A program made the translations under genes and the position numbers. This document shows, one piece after another, positions 34,452 to 46,855 of a DNA stretch of 64,000 nt (within the stretch, counting starts at the first letter, position 1; the number at the start of each line of letters is the position of its first letter). The DNA comes from Alloascoidea hylecoeti (lineage: Eukaryota): positions 1 to 64,000 of the forward strand of contig BCKZ01000021.1 in assembly GCA_001600815.1 (NCBI GenBank). The letters are read 5' to 3'. Below the pieces are notes generated by a model that was not told the DNA's origin, made no database searches, and worked only from the letters and a program-made list of their open reading frames with translations.

Positions 34452-36227
34452 ATGCCTGAAAACTCGTTTCTGGACGGAGCCTCACGTTACGTGACTGCCC
34501 ACAAGATCGCAGTCACAGCTACTTCATTAGCTGTTATCGCTGCCGGGGGTGCGACTGCTTATTACGTTTATAATGCTAAGAATAACCAGCCCCCTGTAAG
34601 ACCCCCAGGCTCTAAGAAAGCAAAGAAGTCAAAGAAGAAGAACAAAAAAAAGGCAAATTCTCCATCCCCCGGTACTGAATCTTCTGCATCATCCTCTGCA
34701 TCAGACCCTCTACCAGAGATCTCTGAATCGGCTCTAGCCTCATGGTCTCCGGCTGAGAAGGAGAAAGTCGCAATTAAGTACAAAGAACAAGGCAACATTG
34801 ATTTCAATAGAAAAAACTTCGACAAAGCTATTGAATATTACACACAAGCCTTGAAATGTAAAGAAGATGCAATTTTTTATTCAAATCGTTCTGCTTGCTA
34901 TAATGGCTTACAGAAATACGATAAAGTCATTGAAGATACTACAAAGGCTTTACAATTAAAACCTGATTATGTCAAGTGTCTCATAAGAAGAGCAAATGCT
35001 CATGAAAAACTTGAGCAATATGAAAGTACGTTAAGAGATTTGACTGCTGCTAGTGTATACGGGGGGTTTAATGATCAGACTTTAAATGCTGATATGGACA
35101 GAGTTCTCAAGCAACACTCACAGAAAATTGTTGATGAACTTTATGTCAACCATGAACATCAATTACCTTCTGTCTACGCTATCATTTCATTTTTCAGGGC
35201 ATTCAGAAAGAGACCAATCCCAGAAGTTATCTTGGCCATCGAAGATGAATCTAACGGAGACTTTTATTTAAAGAAAGGTCTTATCGCTTTAGAACAGGAA
35301 ACCTTGGAAGGATACGAGGAAGCAGATGCAGCTTTTGAGAAAGCTGTTGAGCTCAACAACGGCTCATATTTGGCATCTGCATATGAAAATAGAGCAACCA
35401 TGAGATTTCTCAAAGGTGATGTTTCCAATGCCTCGGAGGATTTTGATAAAGCTGTTGCAATAGGCCCAACTGCAAAGACTTATATATTAAGAGCAACTTT
35501 ACATGCTGATAGAAACAATGTTGTAGCTGCTAAGATGGATTTTGAACAGGCCCTGAAGTTGCAGCCTGATAATCCTGATATTTTCTATCATAGAGCTCAA
35601 GTGCTTTACATGACTGGTGATCTTGATGTTGCTACTGAAAATTATGAAAAATCCATTGCACTAGATGATACTTTTATGTTTGATCAGATTCAGAAAGCCT
35701 GCATTGCCTATAGACAAGGCAAAGCTTCTGTTGCAGACGAGCAATTGAGAGAAGTAGCAGCTAAATTTCCTGATTCCCCCGAAGTTCCAAACTACTACGG
35801 TGAAATATTGACAGACCAAAGCAAATTTGACGAAGCTATTGCTCAATTTGATAAGTCTATAGAACTACAGGCCAAATCAAAGAGAAAGGATGGTCTCGGA
35901 ATCGTTGCAACTGTTAATAAAGCAACTCTTATTGCTCATCAAAAACAAGATTTCCAAACTGGTGAAACATTATTAGAAGAATCGTTGGAAAGAGATCCCA
36001 AGTCTGATATTGCGTTATTAACGTTGGCACAAACTAAATTGACTTTAGGTAAAATTAAGGATGCTATAAGTTTATTTGAGAGAGCTGCGAAATTGGCAAG
36101 GACAAAGGATGAGATGATCAATGCTGTTCAATATGCAGAAGCAGCAAAGACCCAAATTAGACTTCAAGAAGATGAGTTTCTACAAGAGAGACTAAGAGCC
36201 ATGTTAACTGCTCCGGGAAGATACTAA
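34452..36227 (+). CDS. TOM70: Mitochondrial import receptor Tom70/Tom71 (TPR)
   Basis: N-terminal anchor followed by a Lys-rich stretch; KEQGN, FYSNRSACY, KPDYVKCLIRRA TPR clamp. Confidence 0.94.
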   Translation: MPENSFLDGASRYVTAHKIAVTATSLAVIAAGGATAYYVYNAKNNQPPVRPPGSKKAKKSKKKNKKKANSPSPGTESSASSSASDPLPEISESALASWSPAEKEKVAIKYKEQGNIDFNRKNFDKAIEYYTQALKCKEDAIFYSNRSACYNGLQKYDKVIEDTTKALQLKPDYVKCLIRRANAHEKLEQYESTLRDLTAASVYGGFNDQTLNADMDRVLKQHSQKIVDELYVNHEHQLPSVYAIISFFRAFRKRPIPEVILAIEDESNGDFYLKKGLIALEQETLEGYEEADAAFEKAVELNNGSYLASAYENRATMRFLKGDVSNASEDFDKAVAIGPTAKTYILRATLHADRNNVVAAKMDFEQALKLQPDNPDIFYHRAQVLYMTGDLDVATENYEKSIALDDTFMFDQIQKACIAYRQGKASVADEQLREVAAKFPDSPEVPNYYGEILTDQSKFDEAIAQFDKSIELQAKSKRKDGLGIVATVNKATLIAHQKQDFQTGETLLEESLERDPKSDIALLTLAQTKLTLGKIKDAISLFERAAKLARTKDEMINAVQYAEAAKTQIRLQEDEFLQERLRAMLTAPGRY

Positions 36228-36992
36228 AAATCTTTAAAGCGCTACAAAAAAGATGAGCGGCATACAATCATGATCAGGAATTAGTATACAGAAATGGAAG
36301 ACACAAGATTTACGCATTATATCCAAATATTTTTCTAACATAATTTTCCCTTTTAATTGGTCTCAATCTTTAAGTTTTCGATGAGTATTGAAAATATACC
36401 CGCATACTTGATATACTTTATTTCTTTTATACGATAGTTTTACTGCTCCTTTTCATTTTTGATCGAATGCCATGATCCTTGATGTTTATATTTTTTTCAA
36501 CTTCATCATTGGATGATTGCATGCATTTATTTCACATTGTGGTGGATATATATGCTGCTAAGCTTGCTTGACATTTTGAGATTGTATATCTGTGCACTTT
36601 TCGTTTTTATTGTATATATTTGGACGAGGTAAATAGATAAAGAAAACAAACTTAGAATTACATATTGCACTGAACTTACTTTAGATTGACCATTCGTTTC
36701 AAATTTGTAGTCAATGAGAGTTATTCCAAGAGTTCTTTTTCGTTTATAGCATTAGACACTGAAGTGTATGCTTTGAATTTCTAATTATAACCACTTGAAT
36801 ATAAAGCTATATCATATAAATTGAAAATACTACGCAGAGATTAATAGATCTAGAGGTAAGATTATATTTGAGTTTAACTCGAGCAGTAAAGTAATGAAAA
36901 TCCTGTAAACCTATTTAGAAGTAATCTATTGAAAACACCGATTATTCATTCAAAACTATTAACAATATGTAACTACAACATAATTGGAATTT

Positions 36993-37460
36993 TCATATTT
37001 TACCAAGGCTTTCCTTCTGCGCGGTTCTTCTTTCTTTCCGTAAGCTAAACCATGAAACATAATTAGGACAGCATACAGGAGATACAAGATGAAAACAACA
37101 ACTTACCCATTCTTTTTTACACTCTCTATAAGCCTTAAAATAATCCCAACACAATGTTCTAGCTTCGGTTCTGTCGAAATTTGCTCTTTCTAGACATCGC
37201 ATAGACATTTTGGCAGTCTCCTGGCAAGGGTCATAGAACTTTGAAGCCTCTTTGCTAAATATTATATTTATTAGTTTAGTTTATTCGAACCATTCAAGAG
37301 TTGATATTGGATTAACTCACACAACAAATTCTTTTTTGACATTTTCAGTAGTTGGGTTATCTGGATAATATCTATACTTTGAAACGTCGTCTGATCCTCC
37401 TGTGAAATCAATTTTCTTAACATCCCTTTCAACTTCAGTTGTATTATTTGCGCCAGCCAT
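36993..37460 (-). CDS. COX23: Cytochrome c oxidase assembly factor Cox23 (twin Cx9C-type), 2 introns
   Basis: [39 protein letters not shown]. Confidence 0.9.
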
Positions 37461-37534
37461 TCTGACAGCTAAATTGAAAGTTTTGGTTTGAATTCAGTTT
37501 ATTTCTGAAATAATTTAGCGATATTTACATATAA

Positions 37535-37542
37535 TCACGTGA
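37535..37542. promoter_or_regulatory. Cbf1-type E-box in the COX23/NCS2 divergent promoter
   Basis: TCACGTGA near the centre of a 135-bp intergenic region. Confidence 0.5.
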
Positions 37543-37595
37543 TGGAACATAAATACTATTTATTTATAAAATTTTTTAAAACGAAACCATTAAAT

Positions 37596-39028
37596 ATGAC
37601 CACTACTGAAAGTCAAAGTATGTTCTTTAAAAGCATTTCATTTAGCTAAAAACAGAATACTAATATATACAGATCATATCTGTCAGAGGTGTAAAAAGGA
37701 AACTTCGGTTGTAATTTCTAGGAAAGAACACTTCTGCAAGTAAGATACATCTTTTCAAAAAATTATTGATAGTTCTAACTATTTTATAAAGAACCTGTTT
37801 CTTAAGATTTCTTCGTTTCAAACAGCATAAACAGTTGGATAATTTCAAGGTCGATTATTCACATAATGCAAAAACGCATCATATATTACTTCCTCTATCT
37901 TTAGGCAAATCGTCTTTAGCATTACTTGATATGGCCGATGATCTCATGGCCGGACAGAGAATGAATCATAGAGGAATGACTGGATTCATACTAACAGTCC
38001 TCGTGATAGACATTTCACAAGTAATTCCTATGAATAGAGATTATAAAGTGGTGCTTCAGTCACTTAAAAAAAGATATCCATTGCACAGCTATGTTCTAGT
38101 TAACTTGAATGAGTTTTACAGTAATCCCCAACGCTTAAAGCAGATATATCTCAATAATGACCTTTCAGTTTATTCTTCAGGTTCTCAAGATGAACTTTCA
38201 CCATCAGTTGAACAGTTATTTTTGCAATCAAGAAATCGGACTACAAAGGAAGATTTATTAGAAATGATAACTTCGGATTTGATCACATCATATGCCAAAG
38301 AAAATAATACTGACACTATCATATGGGGAGATAGTATGACTAAACTAGCCGAAAAGGTCATTTCTCTTGCATCGAAGGGAAGAGGTAATAGTATCCCTTC
38401 GAAACTGATTGATAATCCAACAGTTCCCGATTCCCAAGGACTTTGCAATATTCGACCATCAAGAGAAATACTATTCTCAGAAATCGTGAAATACTCAACG
38501 TTGCAGAGTCTTGATGAATTTATAATCGAGCCTTTACAACCTGCTCCTACCATGTCTAAGGCAATGAGTATAAATGAATTAGCACACCAATATTTTACAT
38601 CTATAGAAGAAGGATTTCCAAGTATAACGTCAACAGTTGTAAGAACAGCTAACAAATTAACCGACCCATCACCGCTATACAAAGGCAAGGTAATTGAAGA
38701 TATTAATATTTGTGAGATTTGTAAAGGTCCTATACACTCGAATCCAGCAGTATGGCTAAATACCATAACCGTTAACGTACATGCTCCAGCAGAATCCGAT
38801 CAAGAACAAACACTAATGAGTCTGTATAAAGAGATGTCAGCAGACAAAGATGTTATAGAAAGGGGTGAATACTCGAAAAGATATACTTGTTACGGCTGTT
38901 TGGTGACGTTAGAGGGGTTGGACAAAAATGGTATCTTGTGGCCAATTGAAGAGAGAGGCGATAAAGATAAAATTTTATCGGAATATATATTGAACGACGA
39001 ATCTGTTGATCAACCCGATGATGATTAG
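37596..39028 (+). CDS. NCS2: Cytoplasmic tRNA 2-thiolation protein Ncs2/Ctu2, 2 introns
   Basis: Spliced CQRCK...SRKEHFCKTCF, LSLGKSSLALLD, WGDSMTKLAEKVISLASKGRG, CYGC. Confidence 0.9.
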
Positions 39029-39055
39029 TTTAAAGGTTTGTATAGAAAAAAAATT

Positions 39056-39775
39056 TTAATTATCCGAGTCTGTATCGATATCACTACTACCACTATAAGA
39101 AATGATGGTAGATACGTTACTATTGGGGTCTGCATTATTAGTATTTTCAGTAAATGGCTTAAATTTCTTGACAAGTTTTTCCTCGCCAATTCCCGGACCT
39201 GTGGTAAGAGATTTCTGTTTGTGTTTTATGACTATCCCATTTATACTTTGCTTTCTTTTTCTTACGAATTTTCGTGGAATCACAGTTGCTATTGAAGTCG
39301 GAGTATGCTTACCCGAGGATTTATGGTCTTGCTTCTGATGTCTAGTATACTAGTAGTTAATATTTTGATCAATCGCATGCGATGAGTGAAAAAGAGCATA
39401 CTCTTTAAATATTTCCAATTTCTTCTCCAATTCTCTTTTATGGGCCTCGTTTTTTTCTTTCTGCTTCAGCGCAAGTTCATCGAGGAACGTGACTTGTTCC
39501 TCGTTTAATAGATATGCTTGATTTTTCGCAGCTATGTCAGCTTCATATTCGGCCTTTTTTTTAGCTGGTAAAAGTTAGAATAATGACTGGTTATTACCAA
39601 GAAAAGAGTCCAGCAACCAACCTTTATTTTCTTGTAAGACGTCATAAAGACTTTTTCTGTCCTGCTCTTCAATTCTCTTCCTGTGCTTCTCGGTTTTTAT
39701 TCTTTCTTTAGCAGCAGCAAACTCGGCCTCATAGAGACTTACTTTTGTATTTTCTGAAACAAAGCCAACGCCCAT
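39056..39775 (-). CDS. FYV6: Fyv6/FAM192A family protein, 2 introns
   Basis: GFVSE...KSLYDVLQENK-AKKKAEYE...NQAYLLNEEQVTFLDEL; C-terminal ISYSGSSD. Confidence 0.8.
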
Positions 39776-39894
39776 AAAGATTATGATTATGAATACCAGT
39801 TCAACTGGTTAACAAATAAGTAACACCTAAAAAACCCATACACTCAAACAAGAGTCTCCATTGACGTACAGTTGACAAATCTGCTAGACTTCCG

Positions 39895-42800
39895 ATGGAT
39901 TATTTCCCAGAAGAATACCTTTCCCATTTATGCCCTTTAGTCCTCGTCCAAGGACTCGGCAAGAGGGCGCTGCAGACTTCCTACAATCCTGAAAATGCCC
40001 AGTTGATCAAACGTGTCTCTCCAGAAATCGATTTGCCAGTTAAAAGCGAACTGATAGATCTACTGAAGAATTACTCTATTAACGATACAGTATTTTTAAC
40101 AGATGCCGTCAGGAGAAATTACAATAATACAAATAATCACAACCTTGGCATCAAAAAATTGAGATTTAAATTTGTTAACGACTCCTTTAAGATCCCAAGC
40201 TTCAAAAAGAGAGAGAATGAGCACTCAGACTTATCCCCACGAAATCCCGATTCACACTTATATCCTGATGGAATAATCTCTTCAAAGTGGATAGCAAAAT
40301 ATAGGGATATAAACTGTTCTGTGGTTATAGGATTTTATCAGTTGGACGTTTCTTCAGACTCTTTAAACAGATCAGAATACGAGGAAAAAGATAAAGATTT
40401 AACAGATGAGATCAACGACTTAAAAACACAATTGGCATTGTCTGGTATTAGACTAATGGTCGTGCTTATCTGTGAGAAATCGACAATCTTGAACCCTGAG
40501 ATCAACGATCGAGTCAATGAATTTAAGAGAAATATAGGATTACCATGGAGAGCTGGTCTTTTTTTTTTACCAAGTGATACACGATCAGAAACGGAACTAC
40601 TTATCAAATCTATCATTAATTCATGCATACCTTCTACACTGGATTATTTTACAGCACTCGAAAAACAAATCAGAAAGAAGAAATCTAGAGCACCAGTAAG
40701 ATTGTCCAATAGTTCATTAACAGTTGCCCCTCTTTCTCAGGCTGGTTGGGAGGTTAGATACAACTTCAAATTGGCATGTATTGCAGAATTTAAGCAAGAA
40801 TTTGATAACGCAATCAAAATTCACGAAGTTACTTACGAATATTTACTTGAGGTTTTCGAAACTTTATCTCCAACAGAAAATACCCAAAGATGGAAAGAAG
40901 CTCGTTTGCTGCTGGATGCTATTGTCTTTAAAATAGCTAAATTATATCTTTATATGGAATTTCCTAATATCTCATACCGGAAGTTCGACATCCATATTCA
41001 GAGTATTATTGAGATTGTTAAAGTGAAAAAGATTAGTCTGAAATCTTACCCTAATTATTCATATTTATCGAAGCAATTTGAGTGGCTTGCTGATTTAGTA
41101 AGAATGACCCCATCGTATATCATCCCAAGACTAGAGCCTTATGTGTTAGATCCGGCAGATTATTATACAGATCTTGTTATGCCCCATCCCGGATATATTT
41201 ATCTTCAGGCATTACATTTATTGCGACGGCGTAAAGCGAGTTTCAGCGAACTTAGCACTTTTACATCCTTAAATGACACATTAGATAAATATTTATCGCT
41301 ACCCCCGGCAGAGGAATATCAATTTGATTATGAAGAAAGCATGCTACAACTACTTAAAAAATCTCGTGCAGCTTTCACAGATATAGGCGGTAAAGAATCC
41401 ATATTTGAAAGAGCTTTGAGTTTTGTAGAATTTCAAATTGGGGAGGCACATTATTGTCGAGAAGAATATGAGCTTGCTGCGATTAGTTTTGAAAGGGCAA
41501 TAGTAATTATCCAAATGGACAGATGGGTATGGCTTGCCTTCTTGACTGGTTTGAGATTATCTCAATGTTACTTGAAAATCAAAAAAATGGATTCAGCAGC
41601 TTTTTATTTTTTGGAGCTTTTATCATTAAACCTAAAAGAAGAAGAGATTCCTAATGATCTCCGGTCAATAATAAAACAAAACATTATAGAGATTAACTCG
41701 TTTTTAGAAAATGAAGAACGATCACCTAAGATTGAATTAAATACCTCTGAAAGCTTCAAGATCACACTTTTTGAATCTTTTTTATTGCATAAAACAAATG
41801 ATAAACAAACCCATAATATTGAAGAGGCAATCGAATCACAATTAGTAATAAGCTCCAATTGCAACAAATTTTCTCCTCCTTTAAATTTAACAAATGTTCA
41901 TGTTCATTTTGATAATGACTGTGTTAAGGATGTAATGATTATTCATGATGAAACTTTACCATCCGAGAAACTAGTGATGCTAGACCTAGAGAATCCAAGA
42001 GCAAATCTATTATTTGCTCCTGGTGAGAAAAAGGTGCTTCACTTTTCTCAATTCGCACAGAAAATAGGTCAGAGTACGTGTCAACAAGTTTCAGCCAAAC
42101 TTGAAACCCCGATATTCGATCTTGAAATGAATATTCCTTTTAGCAAAGCTAATATTAATAATCGATACAAGTGGTTTAAACACAATAAAAACAAAGTACA
42201 CTTTAATATTGTAAAAAATGAAATACCTCGAACAGTATTAATACTTCCAAAACACCCCAATGTGAGTGTTTCCATGCGATCTTTGGGAGCTGTTTTTCTG
42301 GACGAAACGGTCAAAGTATACATTACAGTAGAAAGCAGAGAAGACCGTCCGATTGAAATGGCTTTGCAACTGAAAATCACTAGGGATATGAATATAGTCA
42401 TTAACAGTGTATGGACAGACGCTGGGAATGAATCAAGCATACTGGAATTAAAAGAGTTTCCTTCAAATACAACAAGAAATTATTCTGCCCAATTTAAGGT
42501 CCCTCGAATAAAGTTATCAGAGATTAATATTAACTTGCTGACAACATTTATCACGAACGAAATTAAATCAGATGGATTAGATGATAAATTTTCTTTGAAA
42601 GATGAAATCAAAACCACAGTCTCTGTCTTGGAGCCTTTTCACCCTTCTTTTGGCCTCATGCCGCGAATTACTTGTCTATTCGAGCCGTCTAGTCCCTTTG
42701 TTATTGATTCTAATGCTTCCAAAGTGCCGGCCATACCGTATGTTTCTCGATACTGGGAGCTAATGTGTCAGTTAAATTATGATGGTCCTATAGAACTCGA

Positions 42801-43460
42801 GTTGATCAAGGATAATATTGGCTTTAAGAATGATATTAATGCATCCTTATTTGCCCTCATAGATAAAAAGGTCTACAAAAAGAGTAAGTATAAGAATCTT
42901 GATATTTTAAGAATTCTACTTTCTAATTGTTTTATCTAGTTGGCAAGGACGAACCGAATACTTTCAAATATGTAGTGAAATCGACCGTGGTAGATGGCAT
43001 GACCCATAGATTCATTCCGGTTGAGGTAAATATGAATTTAAAGTATAAGCGGTTAGGGGAAAATCAACCGGAAAATAGTTTTGATATTCCGGCTTGGAAT
43101 ATTTCTCTCCCAATTTCAGATCCTCGAGCTCTCATTCACGTGAAGGAAATTAATGATGATGGTTCGATTGAAATACATTATTTCATAGAAAACCCAACGA
43201 TGAGAATATTTAATTTTTCTGCTACCCTATTTCCCATCGAAAATTTTACTATGATTAGAGGCCTTAAACAACAATCCTTCCCCATTTTACCCTTTTCTCA
43301 CCAGGAGCTTTCATACACTTTCCAACCTCAAGCAACTGGATGGCTCAAGATTCCATTGGTAAAAATATTTGATTTACATTACAATGTAACATTACCAATT
43401 ATTGTTGCTACCGAAGGAATTAAGTCAGATACAAACAAAAATTTATACATTCATATCTAG
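39895..43460 (+). CDS. TRAPPC11/Gryzun/Foie gras TRAPPIII subunit; one intron at about 42884-42939
   Basis: MDYFPEEYLSHLCPLVLVQGL, HSDLSP...LYPDGIISSKW, GWEVRYNFKLACIAEFKQE, RWKEARLLLD, IENPTMRIFNF. Confidence 0.85.
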
Positions 43461-43619
43461 CATTAAATTATGATTAGATGGTCTCTACATATGGGGTATA
43501 GTTACATAATTAAATCACTACAAATAATATAGATGACCCCATAGTTACCCTACGATATTAACTTGATAAATTAAAAGATAACCATTTTAAAACCACTTTA
43601 TTTTATCTCCGAGCTCAAA

Positions 43620-44092
43620 ATGGGAGTTACTATAAATTCAATTTATCCAGGTAAGCATCCAAGCCTATAAAAACAATCAACTTTTATTGATATTCCATGG
43701 TGTATAAGCTAACATAATGGTTACTTAAACAGGCGATAGTCAACATTATCCAAAGGAGGGGGACAAGGTGAAGATTCATTATGTGGGCACGCTTGAAAAT
43801 GGAAAGAAGTTTGATTCCTCACGAGATAGAGGAAAACCCTTTGAAACAATTATAGGAGTGGGAGAAGTTATCAGAGGATGGGACGAAGGTATCCCCAAGC
43901 TTTCCCTCGGAGAGAAGGCCATTCTGACTATAACCGGTGACTATGCCTATGGAGAAAGAGGGTTTCCAGGATCAATTCCTGCAAATGCTACTTTGATTGT
44001 AAGCTAATTAATTTTATAATACATATATTATTTGCTGGTATTAACGTTCTTATCTTGTTTAGTTTGATGTGGAATTACTACAAATTAACTAG
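43620..44092 (+). CDS. FPR1: FKBP12 peptidyl-prolyl isomerase, 2 introns
   Basis: MGVT...PGD...[40 protein letters not shown]. Confidence 0.95.
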
Positions 44093-44188
44093 TACAGGTG
44101 TAGGTATATGAATCACGACAAAGAAATATTACTACAAAGTAGTTTTAGATGATAATTAATTATTAATGCTCATAATATATAAACGAAT

Positions 44189-44899
44189 TCATGTTTGCTT
44201 TTTCCGTGTGCTTCGACGCGTGGCCATATGCCTTGGTCTTGGTGAACCTTTATGAGTAGAAGTATCGAGCCTGGCTTTCTTTGATCGGGTACTACTTGCA
44301 ATCGGGGGGCTATCATCCTTTTCGGATTCTTCGTCTTCATCCTCCTCCACTTTACTAGTTGATCGGGTATGCCTTGTATTTCTAGTAGAAGAACGTGTGG
44401 CCTTTCGCACAGAACCGGTAGCTGCTCTCCGTCGCGTAGATTTGGGAGCAGGGGTTGGAGCAGGAGATTCTACTTCAGTCTCATTTCCAGTGGGCTCGGC
44501 CGAAGGAGAGGTCTCATCTTTATCCTCAAAGTCTGATAAGTGTGAAGGAGAGGTCTCTCTACTGGTATCGCCCGCGTGTTCTAGCATCAAATCTCCGTAG
44601 GTGCCCCATGGTAAATCAAACGCTTTCCAGTCTGACTCATCAGTTGGCTCAGATTGTCGTCTAGAAAGCTTCGGATAACTGTCTTCTATATCATCTAGAC
44701 CTTTTAAATTATACAATGTTTCCAACTTCTGCCATACCTGTTTTGGCGATAGTCTGCCAGTTGAATATGGAGAATTGTTTAGAGCGTTCGTAATACTAAT
44801 GATATGACAATATTTGTGAAGTCCAGCTGGTTTATATCGGCATATTGCTTTAAATAATTGCGTCTCTTGATCTACTGTCCACACCTCATTTGTTTTCAT
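44189..44899 (-). CDS. EAF7: NuA4 subunit Eaf7/MRGBP (CT20)
   Basis: WTVDQETQLFKAICRYKPAGLHK, VWQKLETLYNL, FDLPW. Confidence 0.9.
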   Translation of the reverse strand: MKTNEVWTVDQETQLFKAICRYKPAGLHKYCHIISITNALNNSPYSTGRLSPKQVWQKLETLYNLKGLDDIEDSYPKLSRRQSEPTDESDWKAFDLPWGTYGDLMLEHAGDTSRETSPSHLSDFEDKDETSPSAEPTGNETEVESPAPTPAPKSTRRRAATGSVRKATRSSTRNTRHTRSTSKVEEDEDEESEKDDSPPIASSTRSKKARLDTSTHKGSPRPRHMATRRSTRKKQT

Positions 44900-45078
44900 G
44901 ATTATTGCCAATAAACAAAAGGTGTGGAGGTGGTTTTGTTAGTCAATAGTAATACCTATACTGGCTGTGTAGATCACATACCATTTTATTTCCAATTTTT
45001 CCCACGATTTAACAGATTGAAATTAAAACCTCCACCAAGTGATCACCAGAAAAATACATAAAGCTTTTTCATCTAAAA

Positions 45079-46567
45079 ATGACTAGAAGAGCGTCAAATT
45101 TGAAATCTTTGACGAGAGGTGTATGTTTATTCCAACTAATCACTCAATTTGCTTTTCCTAATATTAACTCAGTGAAAAATATAGCATATTAGAGCATCTT
45201 GGAACAAGTGGAATCTTTTCAATCTCTACAAGAAACATATATATGCTTCGGACTACAGAACGCTTTATCAACAAAAGTGGAAAGGTAAAACAGAGACAAG
45301 GGCCTATCATGGTGAACAACTTACAGAACGTGCTTGGCAGAATATCTTTGAACCAAAATTGGAGAGTTTTGCCCAATTAGATGCTTCAAAACATGCATCC
45401 ATACCGGACACACCACTGACTTTACAGACATATGCCCCTTTAGAAAGACGTTTGGATACTGCTATTTTCAGAGCAATGTTTGCCAGTAGTGTTCGTGAGG
45501 CTCGTCAACAGATCTTACACAGTCCTGTGCTTGTTAACGGTATCAGAATTAAACATCCAGGTTATGTCTTGAAAGCTGGTGATGTTTTTTCTGTTGATCC
45601 GGAAAAGGTCTTGACTTCTCTTGGACGTAAGAAACCAGGTTTAAAGAAAGCATTGAATATTGATAATACTCAAATTGCTAAATTTAATGATTATATTGAA
45701 CGTGCAAAGGCCAACCCGAAGAAGATTTGGGATGAAAAACAACAAGCCAAAAAAGCTGATTTCTTAAACAATGAGACTGATAGAAAAAAAATTCAATCTA
45801 AAAACAATGACATTTTTGATAAGATATCTAAGCAGGTTAAGCAAATTAACAGAGAAACGGTTTTAACTGATATTTTGAGCAACGGAATTAAGGTCAATGG
45901 TTCCAAATCAGCTTCACCACACCTCACATTGAAATGGAATCCAAAAGAAGTGGAAATGGCTAATGATATTTTTAAGATTTGGTTTCAAGAAGTTGCTAAA
46001 CAGGATCTCACTAAGTTTAAACAAATGAAGCAGGTGGATTTAGAAGCACATAGTAAATCAATTGTTAAACCAAACAAAGATAAACTTTTGAAAAAAGATG
46101 CTGACACCTACAGTACAATTAGGAAACAACTTTCAATACTTAACCTTTCAAGAGCTACAACTGTTAGAGAAGAGCTCAGTAGTAAACTGAACTCAGAAAA
46201 TAAGTATACTCCAACCGAGTATAATCCTAGGTGGATCGATGGTTTACAAAGACATCAATCGATCAATGTTAATGAAGCATTGGAAAATGAAAAGAAATAC
46301 CGAAGTCGTATGAATCTGCCATGGCAGAAGAATCATTTCTATGGTAGAAAAGATCTTTCGAAACCATATTTCACACCATGGGAACCACGGCCTTTCATTG
46401 GTCCTTTTTCTATTTATCCTCATCATATTGAAGTTTCATTCAAGACGTGCCATGCAGTTTATCTGAGAGATCCAGTTGCTAGACCCGGAACTTCAGAGGT
46501 AATTTCGCCGGTTCCTGTTTCGTTACACAATTTAGCATATATGTTCTATCAAAGAAAACGATTATAG
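45079..46567 (+). CDS. NAM9: Mitochondrial ribosomal protein uS4m, 1 intron
   Basis: SLTRG-HIRASWNKWNLFNL, LERRLDTAIFRAMFASSVREARQ, FTPWEPRPF, VYLRDPVARPG. Confidence 0.95.
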
Positions 46568-46855
46568 TCACCTTTACATGTTTCTTACATCTGTAAATAG
46601 TATCAAATTTGAATATATAATTTTTGAGGAAATATCATTGATAAAACATATTGTTATGTAACCGACACACTAGTAAATTGTAATCTGTTTAACCAAAAGG
46701 AAATGAAATTGCAAGTCTGTATCAAATATATATATATTTCCCTAAACAATTTTCATTTTCATAAATATTTATATAATAATATGATTCAGTAACGTCTTAT
46801 CTATATATTTTCATCAACTTTTAAAATATAAAGCATCTCATAATGAATAATATCT

